Numbered from the stretch's first letter, positions 47,301 through 60,237 are shown. The stretch: 64,000 nt of DNA from Magallana gigas (GCF_963853765.1 NC_088861.1:1116001-1180000), one strand, 5' to 3'. The notes: a model not told the origin generated them from the sequence alone. Program-made: numbers and translations.

Positions 47301-49075
47301 TTTCGTGTTGGGACAACTGGCTTCATTTCCACAGTTGTCATAGTAGTCGTATCCCGTGTACTTTTCTTTGGTATTTTCTCCTCTATGGTTTCAAAGATGA
47401 TGGGATCAAGTGCAATTGTCTTGGTCTCTGGTTTGATTATCGGTACAGACCCACAAGAAAGACTTCTCTCAGGAATATTGCGCAGATTCGGAACAGAGAG
47501 GCTTAATTCGTCTACGCTCTCATTTGACATAGAAAGATCGGTTTGTACTCTCCTGCTTCGAATTAAGCTACGTCTCCTTCTTCGCCACTCTTTCGGATTT
47601 GACTCTGGTGCATCCAGTACAATAACATCTTGGACGCACGGAGCGGTGTTATAGTTCGAGGCTGCAATATTAACCTCAGACTGTAGATCTTGGCAGCACT
47701 TTATACAAATACCGGACCCTTTGCATCCGACATCTGAGAAAGTTTGCATGCAGGCGTCAACAGTCGGTATTGGAGTTTGGGATCGGAGACTAGCTTGTGA
47801 GTCTACCCTGTTGCCAAGGTAGTTTGCCACCTCTGACGTGTAACTGATTTCCATTTCCGAGACCACAGATCCTGATTCCGAATAGCTTTGAATACTGTTT
47901 TCTTTCGAGCTTTTAGTCCAATCGTCGCTGAAATAGTCGTCCGTTTGACATCCAAAGGAATTTTTCTGAAGGTTGATTGAATATTCTGAATTTTCATTTT
48001 CATCTGCATTTTCGTTAATGGTCAGCTTTCCAAATTTGACACCACCTGGAATAAACTTAATCTTGGTCGTAAAATTCATTACATCTTCGGGTAGATCTGG
48101 GAGAGTTGGCTGCATTAGAGACATTAATTTATTTTGCATCTCTTTCTTTAAGAGCAACATTTCTACCCCTTTGTCTCTCATAATGATATCTGTCAAGTTG
48201 CAAGCATTTTGAAGTCCATCCAAATTTTCTTGCAGCCAATCTTTATTTTCTAGAAAGGCCATGATATTCTCCCCAAAATACGAATCAACTTCTTTTAATA
48301 ATTCTTTTTCAGTACTTCGGACCTGTTGAATGTAGCTGATAGCTAAGTCCCGAATATTGTCTCTGGTCTCTTTTAATATTGTCTCGCACTGATTCATCAC
48401 GTTTATGCGTTCTTGGACAACATCAAATCTGCTTTTGCAGTTATTTAACAAGGACTCTAGGGAAGATTTATACTTTGAGTATCCTTCGCTGAATGAACAT
48501 ATTTCATGGTCTCGATGTTCTTGAAAAGTACACACAACACATATACAAGCATCGCAGGGCTCGCAGTAGAATCTAACAATTTCGTCGGGGTGGACCTTGC
48601 ACTCGATGTCTTTCTCGCCTTCAACGTCAATAAGGCTATGATGTTGAGTCACCTTTGTTGTCAAGTGCAAATCAACACACGCTTTGCACAACAACTTGGA
48701 ACAATCAAGACACTTGGAACAAGCATCGTTACTTCTTGGTCTAACGGTGTGACAAATCTCACAAGGTGGTATTTTCAATGGCTGCCGCCTGTCAATCACT
48801 TCCGTAAGGTTAGCCAACAGAAAGTTGTCAGGTAGACGTCTCACGCCACCTGTCGGTATTTCCGTCCGCTTGCGACAGAGAGGACATGTAACATGGCGGT
48901 TGTATAGGGAATACCGAGAGCGCGTGTTTTCCGAGTCCACGTGCTGTTGTATACAGTCGGTACAGAATGTGTGTAGACATGTCAGTGTTTTTGGACTTTT
49001 GTAGGGTTCCAAACATATTTTACAGTGTAGAAATTGGTCACTAATTTCTTGCATCAATTTATTGTTGGTCGCCAT
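44309..49075 (-). CDS. TRIM/RBCC E3 ubiquitin ligase (RING-HC, B-box1, B-box2, coiled coil) with a long Thr/Ser-rich disordered tail, ~1588 aa, single coding exon
   Basis: Uninterrupted ORF. First ATG at 49075 (MATNNKLMQEISDQFLHCKIC); the track's start at 49084 is a GTG. RING CKIC..CLHTFCTDC..CPLC; B-box1 CEIC..CLDC..LCKAC..H..H; B-box2 CKVH..FYCEPC..ICVVC..H..H; helical region to about residue 330. No NHL/filamin/SPRY domain recognised. Splice acceptor at 49092 just upstream. Confidence 0.93.
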   Translation of the reverse strand: MATNNKLMQEISDQFLHCKICLEPYKSPKTLTCLHTFCTDCIQQHVDSENTRSRYSLYNRHVTCPLCRKRTEIPTGGVRRLPDNFLLANLTEVIDRRQPLKIPPCEICHTVRPRSNDACSKCLDCSKLLCKACVDLHLTTKVTQHHSLIDVEGEKDIECKVHPDEIVRFYCEPCDACICVVCTFQEHRDHEICSFSEGYSKYKSSLESLLNNCKSRFDVVQERINVMNQCETILKETRDNIRDLAISYIQQVRSTEKELLKEVDSYFGENIMAFLENKDWLQENLDGLQNACNLTDIIMRDKGVEMLLLKKEMQNKLMSLMQPTLPDLPEDVMNFTTKIKFIPGGVKFGKLTINENADENENSEYSINLQKNSFGCQTDDYFSDDWTKSSKENSIQSYSESGSVVSEMEISYTSEVANYLGNRVDSQASLRSQTPIPTVDACMQTFSDVGCKGSGICIKCCQDLQSEVNIAASNYNTAPCVQDVIVLDAPESNPKEWRRRRRSLIRSRRVQTDLSMSNESVDELSLSVPNLRNIPERSLSCGSVPIIKPETKTIALDPIIFETIEEKIPKKSTRDTTTMTTVEMKPVVPTRNAVTCTYQVRTRDSEIQTKVESRTSDTQTPKVTQITKNVGTDYAGQTDKGTSTVKINFMDSETSMPTISFTTAETWTDPPSTTERSTFTVSCETIDSGTEMTPVSVTDQGLQVTPNQRDVNTFTMPTNVASSCIQTDQWEPNQTGSSENRKSWHGGLLKLFKGKGSSDSRGSIDKLSSQSSLTEMLPPLSPTMVESSTETCSLQFSDKETSTTKVTSTDQWTETFNPVLVNTGISPPRPATIDSCVETNPVVLMDQATHTEIVKFKDSTTETTIIVQDNETLTERLKCQDAQTFVEMVTETKETNTDVKLFSDAGIGTSDTLSHCNSLNDVYGGRVLTPVHKSTNVSLEDFVKRVDMATNPSPPDVQERGTMAMSFGQSSMTFTEISTQTSMVNLFDKSIGTSREFDQRPIECCDMATSTESLPYIGLLSELEGDELFLIPESAFDLVSSEPSIHDFEDHIEMVDDYTSMDYTSDTEIATQTFVTTIPQTQDHDPNEPEVWKHSKRKDKEGKELVDVCTNTQPKLTFEKETSTPIRHLFSKGTMTFYIAKSDKATSTFSSSRQIAENVFGNKPIPDTANKFTMTPRIEVTDANTLTDSTTLAEGKMAACISKLQKVSERLQSPTQKNMPDVPWKTSNDQLSSKENLNEQPDTSEQGRQRNVQQLLAQSTSAGKTQKRDRKPQPITTLKGKTLSPSDEPAEKSKTSCDGNESMTLPIGSPHAGNKMSRFNSAPGKIATVPNQKYKSKHSQQKSPSRIPVHKGSNTSLDKTPVLNPKFPKGNVLLNTSMTSSTESELTASVISCQSESSNISTDAKMDFSSLKIDPNRTPSSPQKLQEKAEGNSEKKPTPTEKKANSNVSFMQKLFSKKKKCPDPVKNLPKTTGREPKQLPKTEPDPEKDSPKPQKAKPFVYIRQRYMSIEHDKEDESETASGEQTKATVSPQKKDRPTKKESDKEKSTPKLTPKRAVSGRKSRPKSREIKQNDEKKSDVRPLSAYDNL

Positions 49076-52046
49076 GGCTTCCACAGATGTCCTACCAAGA
49101 ATATTACTCAGATATGATTATTTCAGTTAGCGTTTTGAACACTGAATTTGGCACATTTTTGCAGTTCAGTAGTATGGAGGATAGAAATATCATTGAATAT
49201 TTTCCATTTTCTGACGTCACAGATTACTGCTTCCAGCTGATTTATGATTGACTACAGTATTTTTTATTTGGTAGCATTGATAGAGATTGATCTTTTATCA
49301 TCTTACATCTTCCTATCAATTTAATAAGTCATATGGGCTCCAAAAACAGCTCAGATAAACCAAACAGCGGGGTCACCTCCAGTCATAGCATCTACAGAAA
49401 ATGCGTCATATCCACGGTTTCTGTTTCAACGTTATCATAGAACTCTATCTTTTTAAACTTTTTCAAAAAATAGTGATTGATGCTATTTTGAGGGTTCGTT
49501 CCTTGTCAATTCCAATTTCTAACGGATATGCATTCTATCAAACAGCATCAAACGTTTCCAAGATCCCTGCTGTATTTCATTCAGGCGCGTTCAGTTGTAA
49601 CTGCGGTAGAGGGTGTACGTTTTTGTAGTTTATGAGTTGGCGGGTCTTGCTATATAGCGTGTTTTTCTGTTTCCGTCATGTGAATGATGACTATCCTTTG
49701 GTACTGGTTATCAGTTGCTGTAACCTGGAAATAAAAACAAAAAGAACCTATAAAGTAAACTAAGTAGAATTATTTTAAAACCAAAGTCATTATTTAACCT
49801 CGTCTAATCAATCTGTCTGCGTGTTCATATAGCTACAAATAACCATCTTGAACCTTTATAAAAAGTGCTTTTAAATAACTAAATCATAATGTACAAACTT
49901 TCATTGAAATATTTACCTAATCAAAAATATATTATTCAAATGCCTAAATAAATAACGTTATACATTGCTATATGATGTGTATTTGATGGTTGCATAGTTT
50001 TATTATTTCATTTTAATTGATACTTTTATACATTAAACTATAGGTGTACAATTTTTGTAATTGATCAAACTTAAGCTGGGACTAATCGGATTAAATGCAC
50101 ACTTTCAAATACCGGTATTTGTAATACCTTCAATACATATCCTGCAATGCTTGCAATAAACTTAATACCCGAAACAACACAGAATTGTTTTTTGCCTAGT
50201 TAAAACGCAATATTGTAAATATCTACCAAACGTAAGAAATTTTAGGGAGCGCAGCTGATCTTAATTGCCCTCATCTGCGATTTATGCTTGTTCTATAAAG
50301 TTTGGGGTGTCAGAATATTTAAAACTCATCATGTTTAACCAAAGCTAACAAATCATCTAAAGTTATCACTTGATCTCTTGCCCTAGACTTACTTTTGATG
50401 TAAATTAGCCATGTAACGAAGAATTCGAGAAGATTCATGGCAAGGCAATCTGGTAGGCGTATGGCAAAGTTTGATAAAAAAAGAAGAAGCATTTCCCAAC
50501 ATCAAGCTTAAACTGAGTTAATTAAACAAGAAAACAAGATGAGGAAATTCGTTACGTTAATTTCAATTCACAATTTTTATCGTGTTACTGTTTTAACAAT
50601 ATTTATAAATCAGTTGTGCAACACTAAAAAACTCGTATGTATTTTTTTAAACTTCTGTAACCTTTTAAGCAGACACTGATTGGTCGTCTGTGCAGTAACA
50701 ATGAGCGATTACATACACGTGTTCGTAATGACAGAGAAAGATTCATTCATGATACAAAGATTCATCATACATCATGCTTATTTGTGATCTATTCTTAGAA
50801 TATTTATGTATTCTTAATTACCAAAGTCTCAGAGGAAATGGTGCATGTCAGTGTACATGTTAAGTTGGGTTAACATTGCCATTAATTTTTTTGAAAACTG
50901 CATTGAAATAAACTCAGTGTTCACGCCATGCTTTCACTTCTGTTGTAACTTTAGACAAGCCAGATACACAAACAAACCCATAAAATATGACTAATTAGAG
51001 GTGAGTTAAACTGTCTGTATATTTACAGGAACTTTGACTAGAACACTGTTTATAACCACAGGTATTGCCAGCCTGCCAGGTAGCAAGGGAACAAAAATAA
51101 GCAGATGTACAGGGGAGAGGAAAATGTTTTCCTCCCGTGTCGATAGATAGATCGCTGAGATACAGTCGATGTCGAGGAAGTGCTCGCGATAGGGTCTCAC
51201 CTGAAACGTTTTGATGAGAGATACAATGTCTTTATTAACATATGGTGTATCTATCCCATCGACATTGCCGAAGAATCCTGGTACCTTACTGTATCAATGC
51301 TTCCGAGAATCGAGATGTATTTTTTTTAATTTGCAGATATCTAAAATGATGAGAATATGTTATTGCGTTTTTGATAATGAAATTCCACAAGAAGAAAAAT
51401 ATATTTTTGTAAGACGTTATCTATATGATTGTACGCGTCTATCGCAGTCTAATTCTTGGTGAATCTCTTCGAATATATCCTCCTACACTCGTAGCACTTG
51501 AAGCATTGTACACGAATGTCGTAAAAACACATCTGAAGTGAAGGTCGTGCATTAATGTGTCTACATAATTCTTAATGCGCATGCCAACAGAAGTCATCAG
51601 ATGTTGAGTCATTCATTAGATGACGAATACAACAGACAGATGAATGGATTACAGCAATGGTGATATTTCCGGTGTCGATGCTTTTGAAATCGCGATTTTA
51701 TTTTGTTATGTTGTTAAATAAATTTAAATATATTCATTAATTTTTTCATGTAAAATAATCCTGTGATTATATTAAAATGGATACTAGAAATGCCGATGTT
51801 ATAGATGGTAACACATGAAAAAAAAATTAATCGAACACCTGCATGCATTTTCTTATTTTCTGCTAACGTTAAACCGATGTCCTATAAAAATAACGTAATA
51901 TCCAGATGCTGCAATGCTGAAACTGAGAATGACGAAAATCCAACCAAACTTTTATCTTTTCAAATGTCAATGGAGCATACAAGAGGGCATCTTTAGATTT
52001 TATCTTCTGTTCACAGTAATCTTAAAAAATGCACGTAACCTGACAA

Positions 52047-52197
52047 TCACAGGATGAAGTTCTGCCATTCAGTCAACTGAACGATAACTGAATGGTCTGG
52101 AAAGGTGACTGAATGGCACAGCTATGCCATTCAGTCACCTTTTAGTTACCGTTCAGTCACCTTTCAATTGACTGAATGGCAGAGATTTATCCTGTGA
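52047..52197. mobile_element. ~150-bp foldback MITE
   Basis: tcacaggat...atcctgtga termini; internal inverted blocks ctgccattcagtcaa/ttgactgaatggcag and aaaggtgactgaatggca/tgccattcagtcaccttt. Confidence 0.75.
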
Positions 52198-55100
52198 ATT
52201 GAATTTGTTTGATGGTTTGAAAATTAATTATCTGTTATCAGCCTTAGTAATAAAAAGGTTAGGTTACTTAAAAGTCGGTTAGCTTTCAACTAACACGTGT
52301 TCGGTAAGTTTTTCTTTAGCTGTAATCGAACGAATTATTTGGCAAAATTTCTCGAAGACAGAAGGAAAATATAGTATACTGATATATAAATTTGCTCTAG
52401 CTTTATCAAGCTTCCAAGTATTTCATACGATTAAAAGAAATAAGGATGTGCTGATCATAACATCTAGAGTCCAACACCTGAGAGGCTCACTGAATCCTAT
52501 ACTAAGAGGCAATCATGCCAAATCACTTCGCATGTATGCTGCCGAACAAATATAACTCACCCTATATCAAAGACGGAATCAGTTGATAAAATCCAACTCA
52601 TTAAAAGGTGGAATTAAGAGATATTTCCCTTCAAATCAAAACGCAAATCGCAACTCAGCAGGATGCAAACCCTCTTTAATAAGTTTATGAACAGGGTGTG
52701 ATCGTTCGGGGAAGCTTTTCTGAAGGTATATATCGTATATTTGCTGACAGTGAGACAGAAGGGTTATATATAGTGGGGGAACCTTTGGTAAACATCCCAC
52801 AGATTAAGAGCTACATTAAGAAACTTGCAATCTGTCGGAATCACCCACCACTTCGGTGCATCACTGCACGCGGCCGACGCTCGGATGATAACGTAAGGAT
52901 TAGAGGGTCTCCGAACGTCCGTATCGTATCTGTTGCCCAATTCTACAATGTATTTCCGCTTCCAAAAGATATAAAGACAAATCTTAGATAAACTTATATA
53001 AGATTTTTTTTTTTCAAAATATCTTAATCTCTATATAAGATATAAAATCTTCTTTGTATACGTTAAACTTCTTACTTCAAAAGCTAGCATCGATCTATTC
53101 TTTGAATTATTAAAACTTTTAAAAAGGTTAGTAAAAGACTAATTTTATAAACTGACATGAAAGTTGGAATGTATTTTCATTAAAATTGCATTTGTTGGAT
53201 AAATAAAACATTTCAGTTCATTGTATACACATTCTTGAATGGATGTAAATTAAATTGACGTAAACTTGTAGATTGCATATATATAAAAAAAAGAAATTAT
53301 CACAACGGCTTTAAAAATTTTACGATGAAACTCTTTTTACATTTGTAGTTTTACATCCTTTGTATTTGTTTTAACATATCAACGGACGTCAAAAGCGACA
53401 AATGTGTATTTTTCATTTAGCAATTTAACATTTTTCAAGCCACTACTTTCCGTTTTAGTTCTTTCTAGTTGTTGCATGTTTCTTTAAATCTGGAAATGTT
53501 AATTAAATACTGTCTAGTTTTGTAGAGATTTTAGATTTGAATGAGTAAGATAGGAAAAGATGCCAAGATCCAAATTAATCCTGTATTCTGAATCACTTCA
53601 CAAACTCACATTTGCAATGTTTTTGTTATGTATACTCCTGTAAAATTGTGATATATGACTAAAACACGGAGCTTTTTGTATATTATAAAAGATGTATTGC
53701 TCCTAAGAGTACAATTCTGGCATTTTGAAAAACGAGAAATATTCACCTAAAAGCAAATTGCCGTGTGAATAATTGCGAGATATTTATAGGAACGTTCCTT
53801 CTTTAAAAATCATACATAATTAAGAGAAAACTTTTTATCACATCGAATAGCCAACGTCCATTCCTACTAAAATTCCACCATTTCTGTGTTGAGCATCACA
53901 CGAAATGCGAATTCCTCGACTTCCATTGATAAGGGCAAGACTGACAAATAATTTCGTTTTGTGTGTTTCCAGAATCCTAAATTTCATACAAAACATTTTG
54001 ATAAGGACCAGTAGATGAGATATGTCAATATTTATTCATCTGCTCGTTGGGTCGCTGAATATGAAACATACCACATCCTCACCCCCGAAGATATCTCAGA
54101 TATTGATATCGCCGATGCAATTATGATAAGGTTTCCCGTTATTTTTAAAAACACAAGAACACACACATTTGAACATGCTGTAAAAATTTGGTCCCATCAA
54201 AACGCATGTTTGAGAAACAGGTGCCCGTTTGATTGGATCTGTGGATACACAAACTGTGCGTGTTTTCTAACCCCCACATACAGGCATATGTTTCAATAGA
54301 AAAACAGAAGGATGGCAATATGCAATTTTACAGTACTTGTTTCACCCTCGTCAAAGCGGATTCTATCAATAGGTTTGCCCTTTTCATATAGAAACATAAG
54401 AACATCTGCTATTGGAATTTGTTTTCAATGATTTTTGTTTCAGATTTATGATTATTTCAGGATTCCTTCAACAACATAGTGAACATAACTTTTTCATGCC
54501 CTCATGATATGATAAACAATGAGATAAGATTGCATCCATTTTTAATGGATTTTGATGCTTTTAATAATAGTTAGAATTCTTCTTATTGTTTGCACATGTA
54601 TATATTATATAAACATTTAATGTTTAATTTGTTTATTAATCCAAACATTTTAATTAACACATTTGCCCTTTGAGAACTTCAGCACCTTTATCAGCCAAAA
54701 AAAAAAATGGCTGTCTAAAATATCGTGCCAATCTATCAATTTTGTACTTATAAAAAGTTTTTGCTTGCGTCATATAAAAAAATACATTATCCAAACATAT
54801 CGGACATACATTAGTGATGGAGCCAATAACATATTAGACGTTGATTTAAAATATTGCAGAAAAAACTTGGTTCCAAGTTTTATGAGGTGAATATATATGT
54901 CAATATTTTTTCTTAACATCAAAGATTTATGAAAATCGTTCTACTCAATATTGTAGTATCCGTAGCATCTTGTTGTGTTTTGCATATATTTCACTGATTA
55001 ACAAGCTAATGTATTGTAAATTAAAGAGTGGGGTGGTGGTAATTTCTTTCATAATTTAAAAACTTAAAAAAAAATTGATATTCTAAAATGTGGAAGATTT

Positions 55101-57247
55101 AAGCAAGTACTCTACAGGCATCACTCACAATAGAGAAAATATAGTGCTGGTTATATCGTATAAAATTATAATCTATCACATATTGTATAATATCCCTACC
55201 CACTCATAATTATACAATTTGTTGAATGGATGCCAAGACAAAATAATCCTCTTTTCTATGTCGTTTGATATCTCCTCACGCATAAATTAACTCATTTATT
55301 TCAAAATAAATTTTAGAAGTCGGGGAAGGGGATACAAGTAGCATATTCTATCCTACAGCAGAGTAAACTACAATATGACTATTTGATTATTGCCATATTG
55401 ATTTCAGCTCCAAAACAGAATCTTAGGTTCATATTTGTCAGTTAGCTAATAATTCATTTTAAATATAACAAGTTTAAGAAATATTTGCATTGTTAATAAT
55501 GACATTGACCCCGATACCAACTGTAGACGATAAAATTCATCGTTCACAAGAAAACTGCCATTTGTGACAACCTGTTATACATCAGGGTCATCAATAATAT
55601 TTCTTTGGCAGAGAACACAAGAAATTCCTCCCGACATCTTTATAGATACGATGCAGTGTCAGTTTTTCTATGAAGAACTGCGGAACCCTACTGGTTTTCA
55701 TGAGGAAACTTGTCAAATCTCGAAACTCGATGCGAGAATCTCGTCCAACTCTCGGCCATAAGCACAGCGGTCAGTGGAAGCAGTAGATACACAAAGATGT
55801 TCCCCTAGATAATGTGTTTAAATTTGCTTCGTTGCTACAGATTTAGTACCACCGATTTGACAGTAAATACATATCTTAAATCGTGAAAAAAACTCCAGGT
55901 ATGCCGAGCAGAATACAATAAAATAAAAGAAGTGGATGATAAGGTCAGGGAATGAGTGTCTGATAAGAGAAAAAAAACATACTGAGAAACATTTAACTAC
56001 ACATTTTATGCTTGATAAAAAAGATGATAGGTTCTATTTTAAAAAGCATTCCAAACGCCCAGCTTTGAAAATAGTTATATCTGAAGATGGTATTGCCCAA
56101 CACATGGAACCATCTGATATAATGAATAGGATAGTGATTCGGAATGTTGTTAGCCCTGATGTAACATGACAGTCACTGTTACCTCTCATTTTAACATCCG
56201 AACAGAAATACATGTATAAATTGTATCAATGCTCAGATTTATTATATAACATGCAATGAAATTCCATCAATCTGCAGATATTTTATAGTTTATAAAGATG
56301 TTTTAAAGTACAAAAGCTAGCTGTTCTTTAATAAATAATTTGATTTATGAGAAATTCATGATGATGATTACATGCTCTAATTATAGCAATATATCTGATC
56401 AAAAGACACAGAAAGGAGACGCTGTATCAATATCACTTATTTATATATAATTCTGTGAAGTCTACAATTTGTATAATAAAAAAATGGGGAAAAATATACG
56501 TACACATTTTTAACAAACCTTACAAAAGCAACTGTTCAATTCGAATTACCAATGCCAGAACTACATAGAGGTCAAAATTATATTTAAAACATGTACATAA
56601 AAAAAATCAGCACGGTAATTAGGATTTCAAACAACTATCATGCAAGGTAAATAATATATCTAAGTAAGAATAAACAAGCTTTGACTCACCTTTTCGCAGG
56701 CTCCAGAGTGACCGTTGAGCCCCTAGAGTCACGCTGGCTGGAGTGGTATAGAGGCACCGCTCGCCTTGCTTCTACCTCTCTCAGAAGCGCCAACTTCGCT
56801 GATTGACGCTGCTGATGCTAAGGTAAGCCAGTTATATAAACGGACAAACACAAGATGATGGGGGTATATACGAATCGAGATAGTGAGTCAACGCGCCAGT
56901 GGTAAGGGATTCTACACGCGGCGTTGTGAGCTTCTGGCTCCTCAGATTCGCAGGTTTTTGAACTATTTTTTGAATAATTAAAAAGCAATCAGTTTTTGAG
57001 ATACAATTTATGCAACTACACATGGTTTTGATTCAACAAATGTGCGTTCTTATGTATTGTATTCCGATTTATGCTTTCGCTTTTGCATTCTTAAAATAAA
57101 AGAAAAAAAAGTTTTTTGGATTATTTATTGATTATACACAGAAAAATAAATTTTTATCTCAGACCTACCAGTAATAAAACACGGGTTTCAACTTTTATGT
57201 TCTAAAAATTTCTGAAGGATATTTATTGAATATTAGTCACCATAACT

Positions 57248-57251
<4 letters not shown>

Positions 57252-57307
<56 letters not shown>
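57252..57307. repeat. (AG)n microsatellite
   Basis: About 28 AG units. Confidence 0.95.
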
Positions 57308-57310
<3 letters not shown>

Positions 57311-59850
57311 CCAGGTATTTTTGTAGTATTAGCCAATAGCACCAGATATTTTGGCCGAGAAATAATATACAATGCATGCTCATTTAAACTTTATTTCGAG
57401 AAAACGTGACTTTGAGAATCAGAGAGAATGTATGGAGGTGGTTCTTCTGCGTACTTTTTCAAGAATCTGAGGTTAACAAATCTTTGTTGCCCCCGTTCCG
57501 TAAGTCGTCACGTCTTTACAGCCCATTCAAGTATGTATTCTTTAATCTGTTTAGAAGTCGGTGATTCGTAAAACTTAAATGTTGATATCGCCTAGTTTGC
57601 AATCTTTAGATACGAATGAAAAAAAAGCATCAAGTTCTTCAGTACAATTTTTAGACATTCTAGTATTTCTTGCCCTTGTCAGTAAAATATAAATATGTCT
57701 TTCAAGTCATCTCAGTAAATTCCACTGATAGTTACGTTTTGTGTTTTTGGTAAGCGTCAAATACTTTGTATTTCAGTTCAAACGGAAATTTGAAAAACTA
57801 AAAAAGGGGTCGGCTAGAGTATCAATTGTAAAAGAATATAATTATGTTCCGGTAAATTGTGAACAGTTATGAGCATGAACAAAGTCACAAGTTGATTATT
57901 ACGAACGGATTAAAGATACTATATTATCAATTTCTGTAGTACTTCGCGATACTTTATTTTCGCGAAAGCTTAGATGAAAAAGCATTTACAGTGTAGTTTG
58001 GTAAAATATATGCGCAAACACATTACAGATTTTTAAGATATAGGGGAAAAAACATACAGAATAAGTAATTGTGACGCCACAGGTATTATTGTTGCGGATT
58101 GTGCAGTATTCTTCAAGGCTGTAATATTGTTTAAAGTTCAGGACTTGCAGAGATAACTTTTAGACTTCGAACCTCAAACAAAACCGTGGGATGAATTCGA
58201 AGCCGTATACTTCGCTGGAAACAAAACTGTTAAATGTCCCTCATGGTGGTATCGCTGAATATTTGTCTATATCATCTCATCAGTGTCTGAGGTGTGTATT
58301 GAATAATATAGCTAAGTCTTGCATCTAATGAACGTATAGATGTTAATTAAAAAGAAGCTTTAAATGGACAACAATGGCCGCATAATGAGTTTGTATTCGC
58401 GATCACTCACCGGAGCGATATAGACGATATCTACCACCGAAACCGCAAGACGACTGCCCCAAACCCGAATCAATATTACGTCTCCACGTAACAGAACGGA
58501 CCTAGAGGCATCCATAGGGCGTAAGCTGTATCCCCCGGCGATTCAGGGCCCGTGTAGTGAAGTTCGTTTTATTTTCGAGGTTTTTTAAAGTCCACGCAAA
58601 ATTGATTACCACTGAGCTGCGGGGAAAAGCACTTTTATTTTTTTTTTCTTTAAGCGGTAAGTTTTTTTAATGATTTTTTTTTTTGCTTTTATCCTTTTGT
58701 ATACAATAAATACCGGTATATACATGTAATCTGTATTCTTCATCAAGATAAAATACTTTTAGTATTGGATAATATCAACTGAATATTTTGTATGAAACAT
58801 ATATTGTACATAATATATATCATTGCAGTTATGTATTCAACTCTCATATTGATATCAAATACCCAAAAAGGTAATAAAAAATCGATATGTAAACAGCGAC
58901 TTATCTATTTATTATTTTCATGCATTTTGGTTTATATGGGAGTGAAGGTGGTGGTGGTGGTGGGGTGGGGGGGGGGTGGGGGGGGGCTAAGGAGTAAAAT
59001 TATTATAGAAAATTTGATGACTTGAATTTTAGAATTATATATGTCATCGTTTACAAACGTTTCATATATCATTCACGGGTGATATTTTGACTTACATTGA
59101 ATCGAACAATAAATTGAGGACAATACTATTTTACATATTCGTTCATTAGAGCACTCGGTATTTAAAGTTTGACACTTCGGATATGCCTATAAGCTTTTTC
59201 TGGAGTTTAGGGGCTCCCCTGCAAATATCGTGTCCTGTTCATGTACTTTAAATGCTGAGAAACAAAGAAACATGTCACAGTAACTTAGATCTGTTTCAGA
59301 ATTGTAGAATGCAATATCCTCCATTCAAATTTTGCATTATCATCTTCTTATTATGCAAAGCACTCATTAACATTGGTAAAACTAGAGCCCTACAGTACAT
59401 ATATAAAGTAGGGCCCACATGTTTTTATGAAATGTGAATTTTTTTCTGCACAATGTACATGTTGGACATGTCAACTATATTTTTGAACAGGCTGTAGAAT
59501 ATTGGTCATTCTAGAATATTAGTTTTATGTTTTATTTATTGATCCTCCGAATATGTAATGATTTCTAACTTATCTAATTTAGTGTAAAAGAGAAACCCTA
59601 ATTTGTAAGTATCATATTCCGATTTTACATGTGAGTTCATTTAACAATATTTACATCCACTATAAAGCATGATTCCCTCTATTTCTTCCGAAAATTAATT
59701 AAATTGTAATTCACAAGTGTATATAGAAACTTACAAGATTGAAATTTTCATGATGATATCAGACTCAAATTCCAATTTACATGCATGCAAGACGATTTGG
59801 CTATTTCTTTTATCTAACGTACTGATGTACATTAACAATGATTAAGTTAC

Positions 59851-60050
59851 TTTTACTTACTTTTTGCGTTCAGTTCATTAATTTGTTAAAAGGAAAATGT
59901 AAATAAAAACAATAAAATGTTTTCTTTGATGATTCATGAGGGTTATGAAGGTAGCTACCTTCATAACGCAGGTAATGTATTTTTTCTGCAATCGCTACCT
60001 TCATATAAATAATCCGCATGAATCACCAAACAAAGCGTTTTATTGTTTAA
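59851..60050 (+). repeat. Interspersed palindromic repeat, copy b (internally rearranged paralog of 34105-34330)
   Basis: Shared flank and ggttatgaaggtagc arm; here it reads ttatgaaggtagctaccttcataa (collapsed hairpin) followed by a second atcgctaccttcata. Confidence 0.7.
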
Positions 60051-60188
60051 ATCAACCACTTGTAGTTTAATTTTTATGCATAATGCATGTTTTTGAATTC
60101 AATTTCAACAGAATTTGAATAAGACTAATCTACAACATCAAACTAATATAGAACATACATAACAATTTTGTTTAACAAAATCATTGTG

Positions 60189-60190
<2 letters not shown>

Positions 60191-60237
<47 letters not shown>
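60191..60237. repeat. (GA)n microsatellite
   Basis: About 23 GA units. Confidence 0.95.

Noticed and set aside
44274-49016. Plus-strand ORFs overlapping the TRIM gene (e.g. 46227-46769, 180 aa)
   Set aside because: Antisense to a long low-complexity CDS; no independent motifs.
4605-49075. Idea that the STAND cluster, EGF gene and TRIM form one functional immune module
   Set aside because: Adjacency alone is not evidence in an animal genome; orientations differ and no shared regulatory element was seen.
54015-54430. 94-aa ORF, and a WQYAILQ...CPF..ET*EHLLL stretch reminiscent of a LINE C-terminal zinc-binding region
   Set aside because: Similarity is too weak and interrupted to call without a profile search.
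56689-56960. GC-rich island with a minus-strand donor (AG|GTGAGT at 56689) that could be a 5' UTR exon of the TRIM gene; also plus-strand splice-like sites
   Set aside because: Splice-like signals occur on both strands and there is no transcript evidence to choose between them.
58948-58986. G-rich tract with G-quadruplex potential (and poly-C at 34972-34990, poly-C at ~9716-9727)
   Set aside because: Simple homopolymer or low-complexity tracts, common in such genomes; nothing indicates function.
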